This document shows positions 18,441-28,793 of a DNA stretch of 64,000 nt, piece after piece. Numbering within the stretch: position 1 is the first letter of the stretch; each line of letters opens with the position of its first letter. Both the position numbers and the translations under genes were made by a program. Under the pieces are notes generated by a model. The model searched no databases and was not told where the DNA came from. It worked only from the letters and a program-made list of their open reading frames with translations. Origin of the DNA: Trueperaceae bacterium (GTDB taxonomy: Bacteria > Deinococcota > Deinococci > Deinococcales > Trueperaceae); contig OZ243913.1 in assembly GCA_965213705.1 (NCBI GenBank), positions 3,904,001 through 3,968,000 on the forward strand, read 5' to 3'.

Positions 18441-21083
18441 ATGACACCGATAACGAAACGCCTGCTGGGTTGGGTACTCGTAGGTCTACTCGTCGCGCCG
18501 TTCGCGCAAGCTCAAGACGCCCGCATCGCTCAGCAAGAACGCCAGCGCGGCGTCGTCGAGCTTTACGAAAGCCTCGTGCCGCTTAAGTCGGTCGCCAGCT
18601 TCATGACCGTCGGCGCGCACCCCGACGACGAGCGCTCGTCGCTGTTGTCGCTGCTGTCGCAGGGCTACGGCGTGCGCACCATCACCGTGACCGCCAACCG
18701 GGGCGAGGGCGGGCAAAATGCCATCGGCACCGAATACCGCCAAGCCCTGGGCGTGCTGCGCAGCCGCGAGATGGAAGAGGCCAGCCGCGCTTACGACGTC
18801 GAGCTGTACTTCTTGTCCGAGAGTTTCGACGACCCCATCTACGACGAGTCATTTTCTAAGTCGGCGGTGGAAACGCTTGAACTGTGGGGCGAAGACGTGA
18901 TGATGGAGAAGCTCGTGCGCGCCATCCGCGAGAGCCGCCCCGACATCCTCTTCACCAACTTTCAAAACGTGTTCGGCCAGCACGGCCACCACCGCGCGAT
19001 GGCCGCCGCCGCTGAGGAAGCTTTCCGACTGGCCGCCGACCCCGAAGCGTTCCCCGAGCACATGGCGCTGGGCTTAGAGCCGTGGCAAGCCAAAAAGTTC
19101 TACCTGCCCGCCGGGGAAGGCGGCAGCCGCGAGGCCGAGCCGCAAGAGCTGCCCGCTACGCTGAGCCTGCCGGTCGGCGACTACGATCCCGTCTTCGGCG
19201 CGTCGTACGTGCAGCTCTCCGAGCAGTCGCGGGCTTACCACCGCAGTCAAGGCATGGGCCGCTTTGTCGAGGAAGGCCCCGACACGGTGGACCTGTACTT
19301 AGTCGAGAGCATGGTCGAGGTGCCCGAAACCGAAGACACGATTTTCAGCGGCATCGCGCGCACGGTTGGAGACTTGGCCAAGGGTTTGGAAGACGAGGCC
19401 CTGGCAACGCAGCTCGGCGACCTCGACGCGGCACTTACAACGGTTGTGGAGGCGTTTCCAGACTTCGAAACAGTAGCGACGCGCGCCGCCGAAGCGCTCA
19501 AGCTGACCCGCACCACCCGCGAGGCCGTGGCGGCGTCCAGTTTGGCTGAGGACGCGCAGCGCGACCTGGACTTCCGCCTCAGCATCAAAGAAAAAGAACT
19601 TCAGTACGCCGCCCAGCGCGCCCTGTCGCTGGTCACGCGGCTCACCCTGGCCGACCCCGAACTCGTCGCGGGCGGCAGCACCGAGGCGACGCTGACGGCG
19701 TTCGTCGGCGGGCAGACCGGTCTTGAGAACGTGGCGCTCGAGCTGGTCGCCCCCGAAGGCTGGACCGTCGAACGCCTACCGGACGAAGGTGAGGGCGACA
19801 GCAGCGAAACGGGTGGATCTGCGTCGGACGAAACTGCAGTGGACAGTGGCACGCCTTTGGCCTACAACGAGTCCGTCTCAGAAATTTTCCGCGTGACCGC
19901 GCCCGCGGACGCCGCGTCGTACAATCCCTACCGCCGTCACCTGAAGTCCGTGGGAGCCAACGGCCTCGTGTACGGCGTCGTGAACTTTACCGCGGATGGC
20001 GTGCCCATGTCGGTCGAAATAGACGACGACCGCCTTGTCGCGGTGTTGCCCGACCTGTCCATCACCACCCCGCCGGACTTGGTCTATAACCTGCTCGCGC
20101 CCGACACGCCCATCACCCTGGAGGTTGTGCTTACGAGCTACGCCGGTCCCGGCAGCACCACGGTGAGTCTGGAACTGCCCGAGGGTTGGAGCAGCGAGCC
20201 TGAAAACGCCGAGGTGAGTTTCACCGCGAAGGGCGACACGCAGGGCGTGAGCTTTACGCTTGCGCCGCCGGAAGGTGTCTCGAGCGGCTCCTACGACATC
20301 GGGGTGGTCACCCAGGGCGAGTTGTCGTCCGACGAAAGTGTCCGGGTTGTCGAATACGAACACGTGGGACGCACCTACCTCGTCACGCCCGCCGCCGTGA
20401 ACCTGCAAGCCTTCGAGGTCGCCTTCGACCCGAACCTGCGCGTCGGCTACGTCACGACCGGCTCGGACACAGTTTACGAAGGCTTGCAGCGCATCGGCAT
20501 CAATGTCGAACTGCTCGACGCGGCTACCCTGGCGACCGGCGACCTGAGCCCGTACGACACCATCATGGTGGGGATTTACGGCTACGGGGTGCGCCCCGAC
20601 CTGGCCGCGGCCAACACACGCTTGCAGCAGTGGGTCGAAGACGGCGGCAACTTGGTCGTCCAGTACCACCGCCCGCGCGACAACTGGGACCCCGAGACGA
20701 CCGCGCCCTATGCCTTGACGCTCGGCTCGGTGTCGATTCTGGCCCGCGTGACCGACCAGACCGCGCCGGTCGAAATTCTCGAGCCCGACCACCCGCTCAT
20801 GACCACGCCCAACCGGATTACCGAAGCCGACTTTGAAGGCTGGATCAAAGAGCGCGGCCTCTACTTCGCCGAAGCCTGGGACGACGCCTTTACATCTATG
20901 GTGTCGATTACCGACCGGCAGTGGCCCGACACGGCCACGGAGACGCCCTTCACCGGCCCGATGCTCACCGCCGAGGTGGGCGAAGGCCGCTACACCTACA
21001 CGAGCCTGAGCCTGCACACGCAAATCGACGCCAACGTGCCCGGAGCGTACCGTTTGTACGTCAACCTCGTCACGCCGCGCTGA
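18441..21083 (+). CDS. Secreted PIG-L/LmbE family deacetylase with NEW3-like and GATase-like C-terminal domains
   Basis: Signal peptide; GAHPDDE, RGEGGQN, HGHH. Confidence 0.85.
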   Translation: MTPITKRLLGWVLVGLLVAPFAQAQDARIAQQERQRGVVELYESLVPLKSVASFMTVGAHPDDERSSLLSLLSQGYGVRTITVTANRGEGGQNAIGTEYRQALGVLRSREMEEASRAYDVELYFLSESFDDPIYDESFSKSAVETLELWGEDVMMEKLVRAIRESRPDILFTNFQNVFGQHGHHRAMAAAAEEAFRLAADPEAFPEHMALGLEPWQAKKFYLPAGEGGSREAEPQELPATLSLPVGDYDPVFGASYVQLSEQSRAYHRSQGMGRFVEEGPDTVDLYLVESMVEVPETEDTIFSGIARTVGDLAKGLEDEALATQLGDLDAALTTVVEAFPDFETVATRAAEALKLTRTTREAVAASSLAEDAQRDLDFRLSIKEKELQYAAQRALSLVTRLTLADPELVAGGSTEATLTAFVGGQTGLENVALELVAPEGWTVERLPDEGEGDSSETGGSASDETAVDSGTPLAYNESVSEIFRVTAPADAASYNPYRRHLKSVGANGLVYGVVNFTADGVPMSVEIDDDRLVAVLPDLSITTPPDLVYNLLAPDTPITLEVVLTSYAGPGSTTVSLELPEGWSSEPENAEVSFTAKGDTQGVSFTLAPPEGVSSGSYDIGVVTQGELSSDESVRVVEYEHVGRTYLVTPAAVNLQAFEVAFDPNLRVGYVTTGSDTVYEGLQRIGINVELLDAATLATGDLSPYDTIMVGIYGYGVRPDLAAANTRLQQWVEDGGNLVVQYHRPRDNWDPETTAPYALTLGSVSILARVTDQTAPVEILEPDHPLMTTPNRITEADFEGWIKERGLYFAEAWDDAFTSMVSITDRQWPDTATETPFTGPMLTAEVGEGRYTYTSLSLHTQIDANVPGAYRLYVNLVTPR

Positions 21084-21109
21084 GTGCTCGAGCCGCGACG
21101 ACAAACCAC

Positions 21110-21135
21110 AGAGGGGCGGCACCCGCCGCCCCTCT
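21110..21135. terminator. GC-rich hairpin (terminator or mRNA stabiliser)
   Basis: agaggggcggc-accc-gccgcccctct. Confidence 0.6.
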
Positions 21136-21157
21136 TCCCTCATGCCGGAGACCCGCC

Positions 21158-22099
21158 ATGACCCCCGACCCGAGTTACACCCACCTGAACGTCATAGACA
21201 TACACGCCCATTTTCCGATTGAGAACACGCTCGGGCTCGAGCCCAGTGACAAAGAGCGCCACAAACTTCTCGTCGACTACGGCCAAAGCCGCAGCGCCCG
21301 AATGCAAAGCGAGTGGAGTATGGCCGTCCCCGAACCCGTCGCCAAGACCGACGCGGAGGTCGAGGCGTTTGCGAAGCGCTGGACCGCCGAGGTCGAGCGC
21401 TACGGCTTGCGAAGCGTGAACTTTGTGACCGGCGGCGGCAACGACAAGCTCGCGAAGATTGTCGCAGGACGCCCTGAGTTCAGCGGCTTCGCGCACCATC
21501 CACTGCAACCGGGCGCTTGCGAAAAACTTAAACACGCCGTCGACGACCTCGGTTTGAAGGGTTACAAACTCATCGGCCCCCTGACCGAATACGATTTCGA
21601 GCACCCCGAACTGCGGAGCACCTGGGAGTTTTGCGCCGAGCGTGGTTTGCCCGTGCTGATTCACTTCGGTTGGCTGGGGCGGGGCGGCGGCGTGGTGCAG
21701 CACCCGCGCATCAACCCGCTGTCGCTGTTCGAGACCGCTCGAGACTTTCCCGAAATCCCCTTCGTCATCCCGCACTTCGGGGTGAATCACTGGGGGGACG
21801 TGCTGGCGCTGGCCTGGAGCTTGCCGAACATCCTGGTTGACACCTCGGGCTCGAACCAGTGGATGAAGTGGATGCCCTACCCGCTGACGCTGGAAGACCT
21901 GTTCCGCAAGGCGTACGAGAACCTGGGGCCGGAGCGGATTCTGTTCGGCACCGACTCGTCGTACTTTCCGCGCGGGTTCTCGGTGCGCTACCTGCAAGAC
22001 CAACTGCGCGCCTGCTACTCGCTGAACTTCAAAGAGGCCGACATCCGCGCGATTTTCGGCAACAACGCGGCGCGGCTGTTGGGACTCGAGCCGGCATGA
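21158..22099 (+). CDS. Amidohydrolase_2 family protein
   Basis: DIHAH, LIHFG, IPHFG, DTSG, FGTDS. Confidence 0.85.
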   Translation: MTPDPSYTHLNVIDIHAHFPIENTLGLEPSDKERHKLLVDYGQSRSARMQSEWSMAVPEPVAKTDAEVEAFAKRWTAEVERYGLRSVNFVTGGGNDKLAKIVAGRPEFSGFAHHPLQPGACEKLKHAVDDLGLKGYKLIGPLTEYDFEHPELRSTWEFCAERGLPVLIHFGWLGRGGGVVQHPRINPLSLFETARDFPEIPFVIPHFGVNHWGDVLALAWSLPNILVDTSGSNQWMKWMPYPLTLEDLFRKAYENLGPERILFGTDSSYFPRGFSVRYLQDQLRACYSLNFKEADIRAIFGNNAARLLGLEPA

Positions 22100-22605
22100 A
22101 GCACCTGGAAACCGACCGGCTTTTGTTGAGGCCCGCGCGGGAGGCCGACAAAGCTTTCTTGTACACGCTGCTCGGTCACCCCAAGGTGATGCGCTACTGG
22201 CTTGTCGGGCGCGCCATGACGCCGGAGGAAGTTGATGAACTCATGACTCAGTTTTCCGACGACTACGGAAGTCTGCTAGTAACTGAAAAAGCCACAGGAG
22301 AGGCTGTCGGTTTGGCCGGCATCGTCCCTTGCACTTATCTCGGCGTTGCCGACTACGAATTCGGCTGGGGCCTGTTGCCGGAAACCTGGGGCAAGGGCTA
22401 CGCCACGGAAATGACCCGCGCGCTCATCGAGGCCGGTTTCAGAGAGCTGCCCGTAAAACGCCTTCTCGCGCTGGCCCATCCTGCGAACACGGCGTCGTGG
22501 CGGGTGCTCGAGAAAGCCGGGATGACCTTCGTTACGGAAGTTGAAACGACCGACCGTGGCCCCAGGCGCGTTTACAGCCTCCAAAGACCGGACGAGTTAC
22601 CATGA
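22096..22605 (+). CDS. GNAT N-acetyltransferase (RimJ/RimL-like)
   Basis: LETDRLLLRP, WGKGYATE, NTASWRVLEKAGM. Confidence 0.85.
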   Translation: MKHLETDRLLLRPAREADKAFLYTLLGHPKVMRYWLVGRAMTPEEVDELMTQFSDDYGSLLVTEKATGEAVGLAGIVPCTYLGVADYEFGWGLLPETWGKGYATEMTRALIEAGFRELPVKRLLALAHPANTASWRVLEKAGMTFVTEVETTDRGPRRVYSLQRPDELP

Positions 22606-24053
22606 GCACTCGCTTCCACGAGGTTTACCGCGACAACGTCCTCATGCCCGACTACCGCTTTGCGGTGCAGCACCTGGCGGGGCACTTTTTGGACGCGATG
22701 ACGGCGCACGTGCGCACCGTGAAACGTTTGAACGACCCGGCGGTGCGAGGCCATCAAGAAGACATCACTCGGCTCGAGGCCGCCCTCAACAACCTGCGCA
22801 GCGAATCCCTGCCCGACTATCAAGCCGACATACCCGACCTCTACTTCGCCTTCAACCGCCGTCTGGAAGCGCAACTCGGACAAGAAATCGTAAGCTTTTT
22901 GCGCCTCGGCCTCAGCCGCAACGACCTCGACATGACGGTGTACAAGATGCGCGCGAGGGACCTGTTATTGACCCTTATCCAACACGTGTGCCGTCTCAGG
23001 GCCGCGCTTCTCGAACAAGCCAAAACTCACTTGGGGACGGTGCTCATCGCGCAGACGCACCACCAGCCGGGGCAGCCGACGACCGTGGCGCACTACCTTT
23101 CCGCCATCGACAACGCGCTGGCTCGAGACGTGGAGCGGCTGTTCGCGGCGTATGGCCGCTTAAACACTTGCCCCCTGGGGGCCGCAGCCCTGGCCGGGAG
23201 CAGCCACGCGCTCGACCGGCACTTTACCGCGCGGCAACTCGGCTTCGACGCGCCGGTCTCGAACACCTACGACGCAGTCGCCTCGTCGGACTGGCAAGTG
23301 GAGTTCGTCGCCGGGGCGCAGAGCGTGGCGCTCACCTTGTCACGCTTTGTCAGCGACTTGCTGAACTGGGCCGCGACGGGCTTGTACGTGCTCAGCGACA
23401 GCCTCGTGCAGGGCTCGTCCATCATGCCGCAGAAGCGGAATCCGGTGGCCTTGGAGCACGCACGGACGCGGTTCTCGAGAACCCTCGGCAGCGCGCAGAT
23501 GGTCCTGTACTCCTCGCACAACATCCCCTACGCCGACCTGAACGACTTCGGGCCGGACATCCAGGGGGCGCTGGTGAGCCTCTTCATCCAACTTGACGGC
23601 GGTCTGGCGCTGCTGACGGCCTGTTTGGAAGAGGGCCGCTTCGACACCGCCAAGCTCGCCTCCCAGGCCCGTTGCACCGACACCACCGCGACCGAACTCG
23701 CCGACGAACTGACGCGGGGGTACGGAATAAGTTTTCAAGAGGCGCACCGGCTGGCCGGAACGTTGGTCACTAAACTTTGTCGGGAAGGCCGGACGCTGCA
23801 AGATGCGACCAGCGCCGACCTCGTCGCGCTGGGTGGGCCGGTTTTAGAAGAGGAGGTTTTGCGCGCGGCGCTCGAGCCGGCGGCTTTCGTGCGCCGCCGC
23901 GACGGCTTCGGCGGGCCGGCCCCGGCGCGCGTGTTGGAGCACGTGACGCGCGCCGCACAGGGCTTGGGCGAAAACCTTGATAGATTGGCTCAACTTCAGG
24001 ATAACCTGACTGAGGTTCGGCACAATTTGAGAGAACGAAGGGAGAACGCATGA
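22602..24053 (+). CDS. Argininosuccinate lyase-like fumarate lyase
   Basis: SRND, THHQ, GSSIMPQKRNP signature. Confidence 0.85.
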   Translation: MSTRFHEVYRDNVLMPDYRFAVQHLAGHFLDAMTAHVRTVKRLNDPAVRGHQEDITRLEAALNNLRSESLPDYQADIPDLYFAFNRRLEAQLGQEIVSFLRLGLSRNDLDMTVYKMRARDLLLTLIQHVCRLRAALLEQAKTHLGTVLIAQTHHQPGQPTTVAHYLSAIDNALARDVERLFAAYGRLNTCPLGAAALAGSSHALDRHFTARQLGFDAPVSNTYDAVASSDWQVEFVAGAQSVALTLSRFVSDLLNWAATGLYVLSDSLVQGSSIMPQKRNPVALEHARTRFSRTLGSAQMVLYSSHNIPYADLNDFGPDIQGALVSLFIQLDGGLALLTACLEEGRFDTAKLASQARCTDTTATELADELTRGYGISFQEAHRLAGTLVTKLCREGRTLQDATSADLVALGGPVLEEEVLRAALEPAAFVRRRDGFGGPAPARVLEHVTRAAQGLGENLDRLAQLQDNLTEVRHNLRERRENA

Positions 24054-25306
24054 AGCACGTCGTGAAATTGTTCCTGGGGGGGCTGTTGTTGGCAGGCTTG
24101 GCCTTCGCGCAGGACGTGACCATCACCTACTGGCAGTACGATTTCGAGTCCCGCATCGACGCCATGAATCAACTGATTGAACAGTTCGAGGCGGAAAATC
24201 CCGGCATCACCGTTCAGCAAGAAACCTTTCCTTACGACAACTACCAGGAGCAAGTCGCCGCTTCGCTGCCCGCCGGCACCGGGCCGGACGTGGTGCAACT
24301 GTTCTACGGCTGGCTCCCGACCTGGGCGCGCGGCGGTTACGTGGAGCCCCTGCCCGAGCAGTATTTCGACGCCGCCACCCTCGACAGCGAGTTCGTGCCG
24401 ATGGCGCAAGCCGCCAAGTACCAGGGTGAATACTACGGCCTGCCGACCGCCGTGCGGAGTTTGGCCCTGTTCTACAACAAGGACAAACTCGCCGCCGCCG
24501 GTTACGACGCGCCGCCCCAAACCTGGACCGAGTTCACCGAAATAGCCAAGGCTTTAACCGAGAAACGCGGGCCGCGCTTTACGCAGGTGGGCTACGGCAT
24601 CGCGCCGAACGGCCAAGACCACCACCTGGTCCGTGAAATCCTGACCCGGCAGTTCGGCACGCAGCCCTACAGCGACGACGGCACACAAGTGCTTTACGAC
24701 GACGAGGCCGGGCTTAACGCCTTCGAACTGTACACCGGTTGGGTCACCGACGACGAAATCGGCGTGCCCGAGTTCGTGCCCGGGGCCAACGGCTACCGCG
24801 ACGGCTTTCGCATTCAAGAAAACATCGCCATGATTGTCGACGGCTCGTTCGCCGTCGGCGCGACCCAAGAAGCCGCCCAGTTCGACTGGGGCGTCGCCGA
24901 AATTCCGACGCTGGACAACGGCGTCAAGGCCAACTTCGGCTCGTTCTGGATGAACGGGCTGACCCCCAACGCCTTTGAGGACGACGCGAAGCTGGAAGCC
25001 AGCGCCAAGTTCTTAGAGTTCATCACCCGGCCCGAGGCGATGCAACTGTGGTTAGAAACCGTCGGCGAGTTGCCCGCCCGGCAAGCCTTGATTGAAAATC
25101 CCGAACTCGCCAACGACCCCGTTTACGGCCCCTTTATCGCCTCGCTCGCTTACGCGACGGCGACCGAGTTCGTCGACGAGTCGGCGCAGCGCGAGGTCGT
25201 CGTCAACGCCATCAACCGCGTCGTCTTGGAAAACCAGGACCCGGCCGCGTCCTGGGAGCAAGCCGCGCAAGAAGACCAGGCCCTGCTGGACGAGTTCGCC
25301 CAGTAG
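24050..25306 (+). CDS. Sugar-type ABC substrate-binding protein
   Basis: Signal peptide; GTGPDVVQ; YYGLP. Confidence 0.88.
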   Translation: MKHVVKLFLGGLLLAGLAFAQDVTITYWQYDFESRIDAMNQLIEQFEAENPGITVQQETFPYDNYQEQVAASLPAGTGPDVVQLFYGWLPTWARGGYVEPLPEQYFDAATLDSEFVPMAQAAKYQGEYYGLPTAVRSLALFYNKDKLAAAGYDAPPQTWTEFTEIAKALTEKRGPRFTQVGYGIAPNGQDHHLVREILTRQFGTQPYSDDGTQVLYDDEAGLNAFELYTGWVTDDEIGVPEFVPGANGYRDGFRIQENIAMIVDGSFAVGATQEAAQFDWGVAEIPTLDNGVKANFGSFWMNGLTPNAFEDDAKLEASAKFLEFITRPEAMQLWLETVGELPARQALIENPELANDPVYGPFIASLAYATATEFVDESAQREVVVNAINRVVLENQDPAASWEQAAQEDQALLDEFAQ

Positions 25307-25315
25307 AACGCATCA

Positions 25316-25345
25316 GGGGCGGCGTCAAGCGCCGCCCCTATTTTT
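25316..25345 (+). terminator. Hairpin with T tract after the substrate-binding gene
   Basis: aggggcggcg-tcaag-cgccgcccct-attttt. Confidence 0.65.
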
Positions 25346-25432
25346 GATTTAGAGAAACACGCTCGAGGACGACCCAAGGGATGGCACCCCTTTCAAGAAA
25401 ATGAGTTCCTCGGCAACACCTCAGCTTTCCAC

Positions 25433-26422
25433 TTGTTTCAAACGGAGACACCGATGCAGACAGGGCTCGAGCGACCCCACTCCACACGCCGCAGGCCGCG
25501 CTTCAGCCTCGCGCGGCGTGAGGCGGTTTGGGCGTATATTTTTTTGGCCGTCCCGCTTATCTTTTTTTTGGGCTTTCGCATCTGGCCCGCGTTTCAGTCG
25601 TTTTACCTGTCGCTGTTCAGTTGGCACGTGGACGCCGTGCAGCGCGAATTTTTGGGCGTGGCGCAGTACCGGCAAATGCTGGCCGACCCCAAGCTGCACC
25701 GCGCGCTCCTCAACACGCTGCTCTACACCGCCATCATCGTGCCTGCACAGCTCGCCCTGGGCCTCGGCATCGCCTCGCTGCTGAATTCGGTCGACAAGTT
25801 TCAGCCGCTCTTTCGGGCGATTTATTTTGCGCCCTACGTCACGCCCGCGGCGGCGGTCGCCTGGGTCTGGGGCTGGATGTACTCGGTGAACTTCGGCGTC
25901 ATCAATAACGGCCTTATCGAGTGGAGCTTGTTTTGGGAGCGCTTGGGGATGGGTTGGCTGTCAATCGACCCACAGCCCTTTTTGACCTCGCCCCGGCAAG
26001 CCCTGGCGGCGGTGGCGGCGGTCGTGGTGTGGCAGAACCTGGGCTTTCAAGTCGTCATCTTTTTGGCCGGGCTCAAGGGGATTCCGAGGATGTTTTACGA
26101 GGCGGCAGAAATCGACGGGGCGGGCCGCTGGGCGCTGTTTAGAAACATCACCTGGCCGCTGCTGAACCCGGTCATCGTGTTCTCGCTCATCATCTCGACG
26201 ATCGCCTCGCTGCAACTGTTCGACCAGGTCGTGAACATCAACTTTACCGACCAGGGCGGGCCGCTCAACAGCACGCTCACCATTGCGCTGTACATGTACC
26301 AGGAAGCGTTCTCTCGTTTCCGCCTGGGCTACGCCGCCGCGGTGACGGTGCTGCTGTTCGCGCTGATTCTCGTCGTGACGCTGCTCCAGTTCAGGTTTGC
26401 CAGCAAGCGGGTCGAGTACTGA
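25433..26422 (+). CDS. Carbohydrate ABC permease (MalF-like)
   Basis: EAAEIDGA loop; multiple TM helices; start may be 25454. Confidence 0.88.
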   Translation: MFQTETPMQTGLERPHSTRRRPRFSLARREAVWAYIFLAVPLIFFLGFRIWPAFQSFYLSLFSWHVDAVQREFLGVAQYRQMLADPKLHRALLNTLLYTAIIVPAQLALGLGIASLLNSVDKFQPLFRAIYFAPYVTPAAAVAWVWGWMYSVNFGVINNGLIEWSLFWERLGMGWLSIDPQPFLTSPRQALAAVAAVVVWQNLGFQVVIFLAGLKGIPRMFYEAAEIDGAGRWALFRNITWPLLNPVIVFSLIISTIASLQLFDQVVNINFTDQGGPLNSTLTIALYMYQEAFSRFRLGYAAAVTVLLFALILVVTLLQFRFASKRVEY

Positions 26423-26435
26423 TGGGGGTGTCAAG

Positions 26436-27308
26436 ATGGCGGTGAGAGCGCAGGTCGGGCGGCGCAGTGAAACGCAGCGGCCCCGGTCCAAGCGCAGGCT
26501 CGAGGGCGGCACGGTTCTCGCCTACACTCTCCTGATTTTGGGCAGCGTGGTGATGTTCTTTCCTTTTCTGTGGATGCTCCTGAGTTCGTTCAAGGACATC
26601 CGCGAGATTTTGGGCTTTCACATTCTCCCGAAAGTCTGGACGCTGCAAAACTACCGTGAGGTTCTGTTCGACACGCGCTTTCCGCGCTGGTTTCTGAACA
26701 GCTTTATCGTGGCGGGGGCGAGCACGCTGTCGGTACTGTTTTTCTGCTCGCTCGTCGGCTACACCCTGACCCGGCTGCGCTTTCCGGGGCGCGAATTTGT
26801 CTTCATCCTGATTTTAAGTACTTTAATGGTCCCGACCGAGATGCTGGTGATTCCGTGGTTCGTGACCTCCTCGCAGTACGGCTGGGTCAATACCTTTTGG
26901 GGCATCGCCTTTCCGGGCTTGATTCCCGCTTTCGGCGTTTTTTTGATGCGGCAGTTTTTCCTGACCCTGCCTCGAGACCTGTTCGACGCGGCCAGGGTCG
27001 ACGGCGTGAACGAATTTGGGCTGTTCTGGCGCATTGGCTTGCCGCTGGTACGGCCGGCGCTGGCGGCCTTAGGTATTTTTGCGTTCATCGGCAACTGGAA
27101 CGCCTTTTTGTGGCCGCTCATCGTCGCCAAAAGCCCCGACATGCGCACCGTCCCGGTCGGCATCGCCCTGTTTTCAGGTGAGGCCGGAACCGCCTGGAAC
27201 CTCATCATGGCCGCCAACGCGCTGGCGATTCTGCCGGTGCTGCTGGTGTTCTTTATTTTTCAAAAACAGATTATCGAGGGCGTGGTGCTGACGGGGACGA
27301 AGGGGTGA
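26436..27308 (+). CDS. Carbohydrate ABC permease (MalG-like)
   Basis: DAARVDG loop; WNAFLWP; FQKQIIEG. Confidence 0.88.
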   Translation: MAVRAQVGRRSETQRPRSKRRLEGGTVLAYTLLILGSVVMFFPFLWMLLSSFKDIREILGFHILPKVWTLQNYREVLFDTRFPRWFLNSFIVAGASTLSVLFFCSLVGYTLTRLRFPGREFVFILILSTLMVPTEMLVIPWFVTSSQYGWVNTFWGIAFPGLIPAFGVFLMRQFFLTLPRDLFDAARVDGVNEFGLFWRIGLPLVRPALAALGIFAFIGNWNAFLWPLIVAKSPDMRTVPVGIALFSGEAGTAWNLIMAANALAILPVLLVFFIFQKQIIEGVVLTGTKG

Positions 27309-27325
27309 GGAGAGCTTAGAGAGAT

Positions 27326-27368
27326 AGGGAGCTAAAATCTTTTTCTCCTCCGCTCCTCTGCTCCTCCG
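27326..27368 (-). repeat. Dispersed purine-rich intergenic repeat, copy 2 (inverted)
   Basis: Reverse complement cggaggagcagaggagcggaggagaaaaagattttagctccct. Confidence 0.75.
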
Positions 27369-27423
27369 CGCCCCTTCTCTCAAACCCCGAGGTGCTACGC
27401 TCTACCCAGAGGGGGAACCCGCT

Positions 27424-28644
27424 ATGCCTTCGACGGAACGCAAATACGACCTGTACTCGCACACCTTCAAGGTGAACGCTTACCAGACCTTCAAAGCGCT
27501 GCGCACCCAGAACCCCATCCTGCGCCAGTTGAGTTTGGACGGCACGACGATGATTTGGTTCGTCAGCCGCTACGACGATGTCGAAGCGGTGCTGCGCGAC
27601 CCGCGTTTTGTGCGTGACGAGCGCAGCGCCAAACCGCCCGAGCAAGCGTGGCAGCGCTCGCTGTTGGAAGACCTCATCAGCAACCACATGCTGAACAAGG
27701 ACGGCGACGACCACCACCGTTTGCGCGCACTCGTCAGCCAAGCCTTCACGCCGAAACGGGTGCGCGAGTTGCGCCCGCGCGTTCAGGCCGTCGCCGACGA
27801 ACTTCTGGACGGTTTGCAGGCGCAAGGCCAGATGGACCTCATCGGCGACTTCGCTTTTCACCTGCCCACCATCGTGATTTTGGAAATGCTCGGCGTGCCA
27901 GTTCAAGACCGCGAACGGTTCAAAGCTTGGTCGAACGCGGCGGTGAGTCCGGTGCTGAACGAGAGCGATTTGACTGAGTTTTATAATCACATGCAGGCGT
28001 TCATGGCTTACCTGCGCGAGCTGTTCGCCGCGCGGCGTGCCGAGCCCCAAGACGACCTCATCAGCGGGCTCATCCAGGCCGAACAAGAGGGCGACTCTCT
28101 GAGTGAGAACGAGCTGTTCAGCACGGTATTTTTGCTCATCGTCGCGGGGCACGAGACGACCGTGAACCTCATCGGCAACAGCGTTTTGGCGCTGCTGCTG
28201 AATCCCGACCAACTCGCCGAACTGAAAAACGACCCCGCGCTCATGCCGAACGCGGTCGAGGAATTCTTGCGCTTCGACGGCTCGGTCGAGCGGGCGCTCA
28301 ACCGCTGGGCCGCCGAGGATGTCGAGTTGCACGGACAGACCATCCGCCGCGGCGACCCGGTGATTTTGATTTTGGGCGCGGCCAACCACGACCTGGAAAA
28401 GTTCGACCAGCCGGACGACCTTCACGTCACCCGGCAACCAAACCCCCACCTCGGCTTCGGCAAGGGCATCCACTACTGCCTCGGCGCACCGCTGGCGCGT
28501 TTGGAAACCGAAATTGCGCTGAACACGCTGCTCCACCGGTTGCCAAACCTCAGCTTGAACACCGCCGAGAGCAACCTGCGCTGGCGCAACACGCCGGGGT
28601 TCAAGGGGTTGGAAGCATTGCCGGTGGCGTGGGAGAAGGCGTGA
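27424..28644 (+). CDS. Cytochrome P450 (CYP107-like)
   Basis: AGHETT, EEFLR, FGKGIHYCLG. Confidence 0.95.
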   Translation: MPSTERKYDLYSHTFKVNAYQTFKALRTQNPILRQLSLDGTTMIWFVSRYDDVEAVLRDPRFVRDERSAKPPEQAWQRSLLEDLISNHMLNKDGDDHHRLRALVSQAFTPKRVRELRPRVQAVADELLDGLQAQGQMDLIGDFAFHLPTIVILEMLGVPVQDRERFKAWSNAAVSPVLNESDLTEFYNHMQAFMAYLRELFAARRAEPQDDLISGLIQAEQEGDSLSENELFSTVFLLIVAGHETTVNLIGNSVLALLLNPDQLAELKNDPALMPNAVEEFLRFDGSVERALNRWAAEDVELHGQTIRRGDPVILILGAANHDLEKFDQPDDLHVTRQPNPHLGFGKGIHYCLGAPLARLETEIALNTLLHRLPNLSLNTAESNLRWRNTPGFKGLEALPVAWEKA

Positions 28645-28793
28645 GTCAGTAGTTGGTCGGTAGTCAGAATTCAGTAGTCCTCAGTTTTTCGACTAGACGC
28701 CTGCAAGACACACAACTTACTTTTCTTTCTACTTTCCACTCGGTACCTTCTAACAAAGGAAGTTTGCCAAAAGCCCTCGTACCCGCACCGAAG

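Noticed and set aside
19878..21143. Long antisense ORFs (e.g. 19878-21143, 27316-28536, 54040-55206)
   Set aside because: Shadow frames of real GC-rich genes with no motifs
22602..24053. Naming the lyase argH
   Set aside because: Family signature present but sequence divergent and context catabolic
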